From contig CAWJMT010000003.1 in the NCBI GenBank assembly GCA_963844035.1, positions 96,001 to 160,000 on the forward strand: a stretch of 64,000 bases of DNA, written 5' to 3'. A program made the translations under genes and the position numbers. This document shows, one piece after another, positions 49,165-64,000 of this stretch. The notes below the pieces were generated by a model. It did no database searches. It was not told the DNA's origin and worked only from the letters and a program-made list of their open reading frames with translations. Origin of the DNA: an uncultured Gemmatimonadales bacterium (lineage in GTDB: Bacteria; Gemmatimonadota; Gemmatimonadetes; Gemmatimonadales; GWC2-71-9). Positions within the stretch are counted from its first letter, which is position 1. Every line of letters begins with the position of its first letter.

Positions 49165-50963
49165 GCGACCGGTTGCTCAAGGGTATCGGCGTGTCGCCCG
49201 GGGTCACCATCGGTCCGGCGTTGGTGCTGCGGTGGACCATGCCCGAGGTGCCGTCGCGCGTCGTGCCGCGCTCCAAGGTCGAGAAGGAAGTCCGGCGCCT
49301 GCGCGCGGCGGTGCAGGACGTGAAGCGACACCACCTCGACCTCCGCGCCAAGGCGGAAGCGCGGGCCGGGCCGGACGAAGCGCGCATTTTCGACGCGCAA
49401 ATCCTCATGCTCGAGGACAAGGAGTTCCTGGGAGCCGTCGAGGCGCTGATTCGCGAGAACCACCTGACGGCGGAGAAGGCGTACGAGTTCAAGGCGCTCG
49501 AGGTGCGCGATCTGTGGAGCGGAACGGGCAGTGTGCGTCTCAAGGACAAGCTCGCCGACCTGAACGGGGTGACCGTCCGGGTGATCCAGCACCTGCTGCA
49601 CCGCGGTGTGGACGAGCTCTGGGACGGGCTGACCGAGCCGTGCGTCATCGTGGCGCGGGAGATCTCGCCTGGGCTGACGGTGCAGCTCCCGCGTGAGCGC
49701 GTGGTCGGTCTGGTCAGCGAGGAAGGCACGCGCACGTCGCACGCGGCCATCCTGGCCCACTCGATGGGGATCCCGGCCGTGATGGGGCTCGCCGCGGCGG
49801 TTGAGCGGATCACGTCGGGGACCATGATGATCCTCGACGGCACGCGCGGGACCGTGTTGCTCGATCCCACGCCGGAGGAGATCGCCGACGCGCAGCAACG
49901 CGAGCAGCAGCGCCGCCACCTGGGTACGCAGCTCGAAGAGGCCGCGGACCGGCCCACCGTGACGACCGACGGCGTGCGCGTGGTACTGCGGGGGAACGTC
50001 GATCTCCCGGATGAGATCCAGGCCGCGAGTAAGCACCATGCGGAGGGTGTCGGGCTGCTGCGCACCGAGTTCCTGATTACCGGGCGCGCTACGCTCCCGA
50101 CCGAGGACGAGCAGGCGGTCTACTTCCGTCGCGTGGGTGAGGCGTTCTCCGGGTACCCGGTCGTGGTCCGCACGTACGATCTGGGCGGCGACAAGCTGCC
50201 GGCGCCGTTCCAGGCGGCCGCGGAAGCCAACCCCTTCCTCGGCTGGCGCGCGATTCGCGTCTGCCTGGACCAGCCCGAGCTGTTGCGGACGCAGGTGCGT
50301 GCCGCACTCCGGGCGGCGGCCCATGCGGACATCCGCCTGATGCTCCCGCTGGTCACGCGGGTGGACGAAGTCGAGCGCACGCGCGCGATCGTGGAGGAAG
50401 AAGCGGAGCGGCTCGCCGCCCGCGGCATCGAGGCGGCGCGCACCATGCCGCTGGGCGTCATGATTGAAACGCCGGCAGCCGCGATCCTGGCGGACCGGTT
50501 CGCCGCGGTGAGCGATTTCGTGAGCGTGGGCACGAACGACCTGACGCAGTACACGCTCGTGGTAGACCGCGGCAACGCGCGACTCGCGGATCGGTTTACG
50601 CCGCATGACCCGAGTGTGCTGCGCCTGCTCAAGATGGTGGCCGACGCCGCGCGTGCCGCCGGCAAGCCGGCGAGTGTCTGTGGGGAGATGGCATCCGAGC
50701 CGCTGCTCGCGTTCCTGCTGATCGGTTTGGGGTACGAGACGCTTTCCGTCGCGCCCCCGGCACTGCCGCTCATCAAGTGGACCGTGCGGCAGATCAGCGC
50801 GCAGAAGGCGCGCGCGGCCGCGAGTGCCGCGCTCGAGGCGCGCAGCGCCGACGCCGTGCTCGACACGTTGCGAATCGCTCTTGCTGAAGCGGTGGATGTG
50901 AAGCTTCTCGATCCCGATACCCGGTTGCCCGCCGGACGGCGCGCGGCTAGGTTGAACGCCTAA
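49161..50963 (+). CDS. ptsI: PTS enzyme I
   Basis: 'TSHAAILA', 'GVGLLRTE', '[10 protein letters not shown]', 'GTNDL.QY', 'CGE'. Confidence 0.95.
   Translation: MSDRLLKGIGVSPGVTIGPALVLRWTMPEVPSRVVPRSKVEKEVRRLRAAVQDVKRHHLDLRAKAEARAGPDEARIFDAQILMLEDKEFLGAVEALIRENHLTAEKAYEFKALEVRDLWSGTGSVRLKDKLADLNGVTVRVIQHLLHRGVDELWDGLTEPCVIVAREISPGLTVQLPRERVVGLVSEEGTRTSHAAILAHSMGIPAVMGLAAAVERITSGTMMILDGTRGTVLLDPTPEEIADAQQREQQRRHLGTQLEEAADRPTVTTDGVRVVLRGNVDLPDEIQAASKHHAEGVGLLRTEFLITGRATLPTEDEQAVYFRRVGEAFSGYPVVVRTYDLGGDKLPAPFQAAAEANPFLGWRAIRVCLDQPELLRTQVRAALRAAAHADIRLMLPLVTRVDEVERTRAIVEEEAERLAARGIEAARTMPLGVMIETPAAAILADRFAAVSDFVSVGTNDLTQYTLVVDRGNARLADRFTPHDPSVLRLLKMVADAARAAGKPASVCGEMASEPLLAFLLIGLGYETLSVAPPALPLIKWTVRQISAQKARAAASAALEARSADAVLDTLRIALAEAVDVKLLDPDTRLPAGRRAARLNA
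50925..50953 (+). promoter_or_regulatory. Sigma70-like promoter for metK inside the ptsI 3' end
   Basis: TTGCCC-N17-TAGGTT. Confidence 0.5.
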
Positions 50964-50982
50964 CGGAAGGTTTGACACGCAC

Positions 50983-54064
<3,082 letters not shown>

Positions 54065-54131
54065 CGCGCTCGTCGTTTTCGCCCTGACCGGGGGCGGGAG
54101 CGGCGCCGGCACGCTCGGTGCGCAACAGCTG

Positions 54132-55049
54132 GTGGTTTCGGGACGGGTGCTGTACGGCCCCGACCGCAAGCCGCTGCCGGGCACCTGGGCCGTGCTGCAC
54201 CATGTGCAGAACATGCGGGGGGCGAGCGGGCCCGTCGATTCGGCCCGCACCGGCCCGCAGGGGGACTACCGGCTCAGGATTCCACGCGCCGATACGACCG
54301 GGATGTATGTGGTGAGCAGCCTGTACCGCGGCATCGCGTACTTTTCCGAGCCGGTGCCGATCCGAGACGCGCTGTCCGCTACCCTCAAGCCGATCTTCGT
54401 GTACGACACGACCTCGACCGGCCCCCCGGTCCTCACGCAGCGCCGCCTTGTGACCGTCGCACTCCCGAGCAAGGACGGCACCCGGGCGGTGCTCGAGCTG
54501 CTGGTGCTCCAGAACTCCGGGACCATGACGCGCGTGGCGGCCGACACCTTACGCCCGACGTGGTGGGGCCTCGTGCCGCGCGAAGCGATCCAGTTCCAGG
54601 CGGAAGAGGGCGACATCTCGCCCCAGGCGGTTGGCTTGCGCGAGGATACGGTCGCCGTCTTCGGACCGATCCCGCCCGACGAATACAAGCAGCTCAGTTA
54701 TTCCTATGTGCTGCCGTCGACGTCGCAGCGGTTCGCGATCCCCATCGGCCAGCCGGTCGCGGAGATCGACATCCTGCTCGAAGACACCGTCGCGACCGCG
54801 CAGGGCCCCGGCATCGAGACCCTGGGCGTGCAGGCGATCGAGCAGCGCCGCTTTGTGGGCTTCAGGACCGGTTCGCAGCAGCCCGGGGCCGAGGTCACCA
54901 TCACCTTTGCGCCTCCCCCGTTCAGCGTGCAGACGCTGCTGCCTTACCTCATTGCGCTCGTCGCGTTGGCGCTCGTGGGAGGGCTGGTGGTCGCGCTTCG
55001 CAGACGGCCATCAGCCATCAGCAATCAGCCATCAGTACCTGAACGCTGA
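54132..55049 (+). CDS. Exported membrane-anchored protein with carboxypeptidase-regulatory-like beta-sandwich; true start probably upstream (~54036-54060)
   Basis: 'VSGRV', 'DS..T...G.Y.L', C-terminal TM; signal-peptide-like in-frame sequence upstream. Confidence 0.7.
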   Translation: MVSGRVLYGPDRKPLPGTWAVLHHVQNMRGASGPVDSARTGPQGDYRLRIPRADTTGMYVVSSLYRGIAYFSEPVPIRDALSATLKPIFVYDTTSTGPPVLTQRRLVTVALPSKDGTRAVLELLVLQNSGTMTRVAADTLRPTWWGLVPREAIQFQAEEGDISPQAVGLREDTVAVFGPIPPDEYKQLSYSYVLPSTSQRFAIPIGQPVAEIDILLEDTVATAQGPGIETLGVQAIEQRRFVGFRTGSQQPGAEVTITFAPPPFSVQTLLPYLIALVALALVGGLVVALRRRPSAISNQPSVPER

Positions 55050-55080
55050 CGGCTGATAGCTGACGGCTGAACGCTGACGG
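55007..55080. repeat. Inverted array of heptamer repeats
   Basis: 4x GC(C/A)ATCA (55007-55034) facing 6x CTGANNG (55039-55080). Confidence 0.85.
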
Positions 55081-55095
55081 CTTAGCTTACCGGCC

Positions 55096-56133
55096 ATGAG
55101 ACGGTTGGCGATCCTCTGCTTGACGTCCCTCGCGGCGTGCAGCGACGCACTCGAGCAAGACACCACGGCCGGACAAGTGGTGGCGGTCGTCGAGCAGGCG
55201 CCGGAGGCGTTGGTGCGGTTGATCTCGGCGGAGAACTTTTCGGTCAAGTCCACCATCCCCGTGACGGGCGTTCCTTCCGGCCAGGCGGCGGGCAGGGAAA
55301 GCGTGCTGCTCATGTCCACGGGCTCCAACGTCATCGTGTTCGACTTCACACAGCCCAACGTGACATCCGGGCGCGTCATTCCCGTCACGTCCACCCCGGG
55401 CGTCGAATACGCGCTCGTCTTTCAGGACGCGTCGGTGGCCTGGGCCACGTTCGACCGGCCGTCGCTCCCCGGTCCCAACCGCTACATCGTGGCGCGCGTC
55501 AACATCATCACGGGAGACACGGCCACACGGTCGCTCCCGGCGCTTCCGCGAAGCCTGGCCATCGCGAACGGCGCCGTGTTCGTGTTGCTCGTCGCTCCGA
55601 ATGCGGTCTCCTGGCTTGCGGTGCTCGACCCGGCGACTCTGCAGACCATCGATTCGGTGCCGCTGACGCCGCTCGACGGCCGGGCGGTCACTCTGGGCGA
55701 CGACGACCTGTTGTACGTGATCGCCAACGGCCCGCCGGCGAGCATGGGCATGGGCCGGTTGGCCATCGTCGACCCGGGCCCCCGCGAAGAAGTCGCCGTG
55801 ATCAACGGGTTGGGGGATCCCACCGGCGCGGCGGTGCCGCATCCGTCGGGCCGGTTGCTCGTGCCCTCACTCCAGGGAATTCTCGAGGTGAACCCGGCGA
55901 CCCGCTCGGTGACCCGCGGGCCCAACGCCGGCGTGATGCCCTCCGGGGACTACGTGGTCGCTCTGGTCCTGGACCAGCGCGGGCGGGTGTACGGCATCCG
56001 CGATCATTGCGGGGATCCCGCGGGGCACCCGGGAGCGGTGTACGTGCTCGCGCCGCCGCCGGGCTTCGATGAGCTGGAGACGGTGGCGGTGGGTACGTGT
56101 CCCGTGGGCGCGGCAGCCGTTTTCACCCAGTGA
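55096..56133 (+). CDS. Lipoprotein, YncE-like beta-propeller
   Basis: Lipobox LAAC; blade-like 'V.V.DP.T' repeats; 'V.VG.CP'. Confidence 0.75.
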   Translation: MRRLAILCLTSLAACSDALEQDTTAGQVVAVVEQAPEALVRLISAENFSVKSTIPVTGVPSGQAAGRESVLLMSTGSNVIVFDFTQPNVTSGRVIPVTSTPGVEYALVFQDASVAWATFDRPSLPGPNRYIVARVNIITGDTATRSLPALPRSLAIANGAVFVLLVAPNAVSWLAVLDPATLQTIDSVPLTPLDGRAVTLGDDDLLYVIANGPPASMGMGRLAIVDPGPREEVAVINGLGDPTGAAVPHPSGRLLVPSLQGILEVNPATRSVTRGPNAGVMPSGDYVVALVLDQRGRVYGIRDHCGDPAGHPGAVYVLAPPPGFDELETVAVGTCPVGAAAVFTQ

Positions 56134-56157
56134 ACGCCGGGCGCTCCGTCTGACGCC

Positions 56158-56943
56158 ATGAGCCTCGTCACCACACCTGCCGTCGTGCTCCAGACCTACC
56201 GCTACAGCGAGACCTCGAAGGTCGTGCGGCTCGCCACCCGGGACCTCGGTATCCAGAGCGCCATCGCCAAGGGGGTGTTCCGTCCGAAGAATCGGTTCGG
56301 GGCGGGGCTCGAGCTTCTGAGCGAGGGTGAAGCGCAGTTGTACTACCGCGAGGCCCGCGAGCTGCATACGCTGGCGGTGTTCGACGTGACTGATCTGCGG
56401 CGCGGGCTCGCGAGCGACCTCGCGCGCTTTGCCGGCGCGGCGGCACTCAGCCAGGTGATGTTCAAGATGGCACCGCCCGCACCACTCCCCGGCGCCTACA
56501 CCACATTCACGTCGGGGTTGGACCTGCTCGCCTCCGTTCCCGCCGACACGGTGGACGCCGCCGCCGTCCGGGCACTGTGGGCGCTGGTCACCGAGCTCGG
56601 GTTCGGACCGTCGTTACAGGTATGCGTGCGGGACGGGACCCCGGTCGGAGATGAGAACGGGGACGCGATCGCGTTCAGCGCGGCCGAAGGAGGCGCGCTC
56701 TGCGCCCGCTGCGCGGCGGGTCAATCGCTGAGCCGCCTGCCTGCGGCGGACTTCCGCGACCTGATCGCGCTGAACGACCTCAGCGCCCCGCTGCCGATGC
56801 TGGATGCCCCACATGCGGCCGCGCACCGCCGCCTCACCGCCCGATTCGTGCGTCACCACCTCGACGCCCCTTCGCTCTCCGCCCTCGACTTCTGGGAACG
56901 CTCCGCGTGGGCCCAGGTTCATCCCACCCCCGCCGCTTCGTAG
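56158..56943 (+). CDS. recO: DNA repair protein RecO
   Basis: 'Y.ETSKVV.L.T...G...IAKG', 'GFGP.L..C..DG', 'GG.LC.RC'. Confidence 0.92.
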   Translation: MSLVTTPAVVLQTYRYSETSKVVRLATRDLGIQSAIAKGVFRPKNRFGAGLELLSEGEAQLYYREARELHTLAVFDVTDLRRGLASDLARFAGAAALSQVMFKMAPPAPLPGAYTTFTSGLDLLASVPADTVDAAAVRALWALVTELGFGPSLQVCVRDGTPVGDENGDAIAFSAAEGGALCARCAAGQSLSRLPAADFRDLIALNDLSAPLPMLDAPHAAAHRRLTARFVRHHLDAPSLSALDFWERSAWAQVHPTPAAS

Positions 56944-58834
56944 TCGGCACCGCCGGCCACATCGATCACGGGAAGACCGCGCTCGTCAAAGCCTTGACGG
57001 GGGTTGACTGCGATCGCTGGGAGGAAGAGCAGCGTCGCGGGATCACGATCGACCTCGGGTTCGCTCCGCTGCTCCTGGGCGACGACGTGGAAGCCAGCGT
57101 CGTGGACGTGCCCGGCCACGAAGGGTTCGTCCGCAACATGCTTGCGGGTGCGACGGGCATCGACGTGGTCCTCCTGGTCATTGCCGCCGACGAGGGGATC
57201 ATGCCGCAGACGGAAGAGCACCTGGCGATCGTCGAGCTGCTGGGCGTCACCAGGGGCGTCCCGGTCCTCACCAAAGGCGACCTCGCGGAGCCGGAATGGC
57301 TCGAGATGGTCAGGGCAGAGGTGACCGCGCGCCTGCGCTCGAGCCCGGTCCGCTGGGAGCCGGTCATCGCCGTCTCGGCGCTCGTCGGGACGGGGGTGGA
57401 CGAGCTGCGGGCGGCGCTGCGGCGCGCGACCGCCGGGACGGCCGAACGGCCGGAGCGGACGACTGGTTTCGCCTCCCGATCGATCGCGTCTTCGCCCTCC
57501 CGGGGGCCGGGACGGTGGTGACCGGCTCGACGTGGAGCGGCACGGTGAGTGTCGGCGAGACCGTGACCCTGCTCCCCCTCGGACGTCCCGCGCGGGTGCG
57601 CTCGATTCAGGTCCACGGAGCCCCGGCCACGGTCGCCGGCCCGGGCCGGCGTACCGCCCTGGCCCTGGTGGGGGCCGACCGGACGGAGCTGGCGCGCGGG
57701 GACGTCGCGGTGACCGGCACGGGGTGGTCCGCCACGACGGCGATCGATGCGACGGTCGAGCTATTGCCCGGCGCGGGCCGTCCGGTGACCCCTCGGACCC
57801 GGGTGCGGGTGCACCTCGGGACCGCCGAGGTGCTGGCGCGGGCGGCCCGCGGCGGGCCGATTGCGCCCGGAGCGCGGGGTCTCGTCCGCTTCCTGCTCGA
57901 AACGCCGCTCGTAGCCCGTGGTGGCGATCGATTCATCATCCGTTCGTACTCCCCGGTCACCACGATCGGGGGCGGGATCGTCCTCGACCCGACGCCGCCG
58001 CAGAATATCCCGTTGCCCGATCGCCGGCTCGGCCTCGATCAATCCCCTGCGGAGCGACTGAGCGTGTGGGCGCAGGAAGCCGGCCTCGCCGCCCTGCCGA
58101 TCCCCAGCCTCGCAGTGCGTCTCGGTGTGCCCAATGAAAGTGTGACCGGAATCATCGCCGCTGTGGGGGCGACACTGATAACCTGTGGGGAGCACCTGGT
58201 CGCGCGGGATGCAGTGGAATCGGCGGTCACACGGCTGGCGGCATTGCTGCGTCAACACCACACCGCCCACCCGCTCGATCCGGGGATGTCGTTGCAGGCA
58301 CTGCGCGCGGCGGCGAGGGTACCAGGCAATGCCCTGGATCCCGAGGTCGCGGTCGTCGATCACGTCGTAGGGGTCGGGACTGAGGCCGGGGTGTGGGAAG
58401 TGGAGGGCAGCGTCGTTCGTGAGCGCGGGTGGCGCCCGTCCTTTGACGCGGATAGTGCGGCTACCCGGGAGCGGCTGCTCCAGCGCCTGACGGACGCGCA
58501 GTGGCAGGTCCCGACTCTTGCCGAGCTGGAGCAGGAGTTTCCGGGTGAGCCGGTTCAGGGGATCCTGGCTCACCTCATCCGCGAGGGTGCCGTGGAGCAG
58601 GTCGACCGTGAGCGGGCGGCACCGAAGCAGGCGTTGCAAGGCTTCCTGAGGACCCTGGAGGCTGTGCTCCAGGAGGTTGGGGAGGCCACGCCGGCGCAGC
58701 TGCGGGACCGCCTCGGGGTCACCCGGAAGTACCTGATTCCGCTGCTTGAGTGGGCGGACCGGCGCGGAATAACGCAACGCGTGGGGGACCGACGGACGTT
58801 GACTCGATTGACAGCGAGAAGCACCGGTTCGTAA
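56907..58834 (+). CDS. selB: Selenocysteine-specific elongation factor; frameshift near 57453
   Basis: 'GTAGHIDHGKT', 'RGITIDLGF', 'DVPGHE', 'IDRVF..G.GTVVTG', C-terminal 'TRKYLIPLLE..DR.G.T.R.GD.R'. Confidence 0.93.
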
Positions 58835-58837
58835 CTT
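58808..58837 (+). promoter_or_regulatory. Sigma70-like promoter
   Basis: TTGACA-N18-TAACTT. Confidence 0.6.
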
Positions 58838-58926
58838 AGGTGTGGTGGATTTATTGGGATGGTTGCGGTGAGACCCGTATCAAGGAGCCGTCGCTAAGGA
58901 ACCTTTCACGTTCGCGAGGAGCGGTG

Positions 58927-59358
58927 ATGAAGCAGTACGCCTGGGCGGCGTTAGGGCTCGGGCTTTGGGCGGCTGGAGCAGGAGTAAAAGACGTGTGGGG
59001 GCAGGGGCCAGCGCCCACGGTTGAGCTCAAACAAAATTACCCGAACCCGTTTAACCCGGCGACCACAATTCCGTTTGCACTCGGGGGCGACGCATTCGCC
59101 AACGGTCACCGGCCAAGGGTATCGCTGAAGATTTTCAACGTGCTCGCGCAGCTCGTGGCCGTGCCGGTTCTCCAGGGGACAGGAGAACCGCTGGACAGGC
59201 TGGAGTTGACGTGTGCGTTCGCCGGCGGCTGCGCGTTTACCGCGTACTGGGACGGCAACGTCACCGGGAGCGGCCAGCAGGCGGCGTCCGGCGTGTACAT
59301 CTACCAGTTGACGGTGGACGCCGCGCGCTTCACCAAAAAAATGGTCATCATGAAGTGA
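58927..59358 (+). CDS. Stand-alone T9SS type A CTD / FlgD-Ig-like protein with signal peptide
   Basis: GAGGAG RBS; 'L.QNYPNPFNP.T.I', 'LKIFNVL.Q.V', 'WDG', 'SGVYIY.L', 'TKKMV.MK'. Confidence 0.8.
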   Translation: MKQYAWAALGLGLWAAGAGVKDVWGQGPAPTVELKQNYPNPFNPATTIPFALGGDAFANGHRPRVSLKIFNVLAQLVAVPVLQGTGEPLDRLELTCAFAGGCAFTAYWDGNVTGSGQQAASGVYIYQLTVDAARFTKKMVIMK

Positions 59359-59369
59359 GCTTCGATGAG

Positions 59370-59405
59370 ACTGCCCCGGCTGACGCGCCGGGGCAGTTCT
59401 TTTTT
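59370..59405 (+). terminator. Intrinsic terminator
   Basis: ACTGCCCCGGC-TGACGC-GCCGGGGCAGT followed by TCTTTTTT. Confidence 0.85.
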
Positions 59406-59416
59406 CGGAGGTTCCC

Positions 59417-60295
59417 ATGCCTCGCCTCTGGCTCGCTGCCGTTGTCGTTCTCTTCGCTGTTCTCGTGATGCGTCCGGTTCGTTTCCTTGATTCCTTTGCA
59501 GTGGCGGAACAGGCTCGGGTTCGCGCCCATTTCGACAGCGCCGAGCGCGAGGTACGGGGCAACTCTGTGGTCGGACTCTCGGTTGCGCAGCGCGCCGCCC
59601 GCGCGCGGGCGCTCGATCGCCTGCACGCCTACGCGGCGCGGGGCGTGTTCCCGAGGAACCGACATTTTCCCGGGGCCCTCGTACCCTCGTTCGTCGATGA
59701 TCTCACGGGCACGCGCTGCGGGATGGGATATCTGATCGAAGAGGCGGAGGGCTCGCGGCTCGTGGCGCGGATCGCAGCGACGAACAACAATGCGACCATT
59801 CTCGACCTCAAGAATGACCCCGAGCTGCTCGCCTGGCTGGACCGGAACGGCCTCACCCTGGATGAGGCCGCACGTATTCAACCCAAGTACTGCGCGGATC
59901 CAAAAGACCCCACCCCGGGCTGGGGGTGCGCTCCGGTCACTCCGGCGGTCACACCGCCGGCAAGCAGCTCCTACAAGGTTGCCACAGGCACGTTGGTAAT
60001 TGCAGACATGGTCGCCGTGGCGATCAACGCTATGGGCCCCCACGGGTCGAGCACGATGTCAGGTGCGCTCGCGCTCACCTCCGGTGTGCTCGGCATGGCG
60101 ATCGGCATCCCGAATATCGACGAGTCCGGTGACACGCAGACCCTGGGCTGGGTCAACGCGACCGTGGGTGCGGCTTCGGCGGCGCTGGGCACGTACTGGC
60201 TCTTGAAGCCGCACACCACCGTGGCCGCGGTGAGTTTCGCACCGTGGGTGGCGTCGAACGGCGCTCCCGGTCTCAGCGGTCGAATCACCTTCTAA
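59417..60295 (+). CDS. Hypothetical exported / membrane protein
   Basis: GGAGG RBS; 'Y..RGVFPRN', 'P.FVD...TRCGMGYLI', 'GLTL.E.ARIQP.Y'; Gly-rich hydrophobic C-half ending in F. Confidence 0.7.
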   Translation: MPRLWLAAVVVLFAVLVMRPVRFLDSFAVAEQARVRAHFDSAEREVRGNSVVGLSVAQRAARARALDRLHAYAARGVFPRNRHFPGALVPSFVDDLTGTRCGMGYLIEEAEGSRLVARIAATNNNATILDLKNDPELLAWLDRNGLTLDEAARIQPKYCADPKDPTPGWGCAPVTPAVTPPASSSYKVATGTLVIADMVAVAINAMGPHGSSTMSGALALTSGVLGMAIGIPNIDESGDTQTLGWVNATVGAASAALGTYWLLKPHTTVAAVSFAPWVASNGAPGLSGRITF

Positions 60296-60357
60296 GGTGG
60301 AAGGCTCAGTAGCGATCGGTTGAGTCGCTGGGGCGAGCACCTGCCTTTCGCCCACCC

Positions 60358-60400
60358 CGCCATTTCGGCATCTTGCAGCGGCACGGAGGTTGCCCGTGCC
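60358..60400 (+). promoter_or_regulatory. Sigma54-like -24/-12 promoter with palindromes upstream of clpB
   Basis: CGGCACGGAGGTTGC (60379-60393, GG-N10-GC); GGCACGG/CCGTGCC inverted repeat; CGCCATTTCGGCA just upstream. Confidence 0.55.
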
Positions 60401-60407
60401 TTGAGCC

Positions 60408-63035
<2,628 letters not shown>

Positions 63036-63039
63036 GCTC

Positions 63040-63095
63040 GGGAAGAGGGAAGAGGGACGGGGGAAGGGTACTGCTCGTCCCCCGTCTACCACCGA
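63040..63095. repeat. Degenerate heptamer repeat with partial inverted arm
   Basis: GGGAAGA GGGAAGA GGGACGG GGGAAGG then CGTCCCC CGTCTAC. Confidence 0.55.
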
Positions 63096-63105
63096 TCTGG
63101 ACGGC

Positions 63106-63534
63106 ATGGCAGTCGCACTCGCGGAGGCCCAGGTCGCCGCGTCGTTGGACGAAGTGCCGGTTGGCGCTGCGGTGATGCGCGACGGTCGCATCATCGCGCA
63201 GGCCCACAACGAAACCGTCGCACGCCGCGATCCCACCGCCCACGCGGAGCTGCTCGCGATTCAGGCGGCGCTGCGCGCTATCGGAAGCGATCGTCTCACC
63301 GAATGCACCTTGTACGTGACGCTCGAGCCGTGCGCGCAATGCGCCGGGGCGATCGTACTCGCCAAAGTCGGCCGGCTGGTGTTCGGCGCGGCCGATCCCA
63401 AGGCGGGGATGTGCGGGTCGGTCGGCGATCTGGTGCGTCATCCGCGGCTCAATCATCGGGTGGAAGTGATCGGTGGGGTCGAGGAACTGGCCTGCGCAGG
63501 GCTGTTGCAGGCCTTTTTCGCGGCCAAGCGGTAG
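63106..63534 (+). CDS. tadA: tRNA adenosine(34) deaminase
   Basis: 'EVPVGA', 'DPTAHAE', 'TLEPC.QC.GA', 'DPKAG', 'LNH'; start could be 63028. Confidence 0.92.
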   Translation: MAVALAEAQVAASLDEVPVGAAVMRDGRIIAQAHNETVARRDPTAHAELLAIQAALRAIGSDRLTECTLYVTLEPCAQCAGAIVLAKVGRLVFGAADPKAGMCGSVGDLVRHPRLNHRVEVIGGVEELACAGLLQAFFAAKR

Positions 63535-63556
63535 TCCCTCAAACCGACGAGGTCAC

Positions 63557-64000
63557 ATGCTCAGCGCGACACGGGTATTGGTGCTGCTGGCCCTCGGCTA
63601 CACGGTGGCGACGTCTTCGGTCTCGGCGCAAACACGACGTAGTCTGCGATTCGGTTTCGGGCTCGGGGCCGCCGCGCCGCAGGGTGATTTCAAGGAGGAC
63701 CCGACCGGGGAGGGGTTCGACCCGGGGTGGCACGCGATCGGCTACCTGGAATTCGCCCCGTCCCGCACACCGTTCGGACTCCGCATGGAAGTCACCTTCA
63801 CTCGGAACCCCGCCAACCAACAACTGAAGGACGATATCGAGGCCGAACTTGGCCCGGGTTTCGATGCCAGCATGCGAACGGTGGGCGGGAACGCGAGTGC
63901 GACTTGGACGATCCCGCTCACACCGCGCACGAAGGGTTACCTGATCGGCGGCGTCGGGTTCGCCACCCCCGCGTTGACCATCAGCTCCGGAAGCGTGAGC
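63557..64000 (+). CDS. Outer-membrane beta-barrel protein, 3'-truncated by window edge
   Basis: GAGG RBS, signal peptide (VSA/Q), 'RFGFGLG..P.GDF', 'FGLRMEV', 'YLIGGVG'; open to end of window. Confidence 0.75.
   Translation, partial: MLSATRVLVLLALGYTVATSSVSAQTRRSLRFGFGLGAAAPQGDFKEDPTGEGFDPGWHAIGYLEFAPSRTPFGLRMEVTFTRNPANQQLKDDIEAELGPGFDASMRTVGGNASATWTIPLTPRTKGYLIGGVGFATPALTISSGSVS

Noticed and set aside
50964..50982. SAM/SAH riboswitch before metK-ahcY, or obligate PTS-metK co-transcription
   Set aside because: 19-bp spacer with no aptamer; metK has its own candidate promoter at 50925-50953

Overview
High-GC bacterial chromosome segment, most consistent with Gemmatimonadota (inference from tandem Ser/Thr kinase-PD40 genes, a T9SS-CTD/FlgD-like protein and the hprK-PTS-metK-ahcY gene order). 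About 1-36.4 kb is an accessory patchwork of mostly small, mostly co-oriented genes (methyltransferases, DinB, arylsulfatase, FAD oxidoreductases, transporters, FecR/DUF6600, VIT1, DUF2339, two kinases, ACT-DUF5612) with several gene remnants. About 36.5-64 kb is core: argS, PfkB kinase, purM, ribD-ribE-ribBA-ribH-nusB, GT4, hpf, hprK, a complete mannose-family PTS, metK, ahcY, DUF151, recO, selB, clpB, tadA. Many frameshifts, including in purM, ahcY and selB, look like long-read consensus indels. I found no rRNA, tRNA, CRISPR, integrase or transposase, and no clearly new multi-gene system. Best leads: a 45-bp promoter-like element duplicated at 5998 and 13387, a nested-stem candidate ncRNA at 36431-36510, heptamer inverted-repeat elements, a sigma54-type promoter before clpB, a divergent Man-PTS permease, an archaeal-type ACT-DUF5612 gene and a stand-alone T9SS CTD-like protein. 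All family names come from motif recognition by eye, not database searches.
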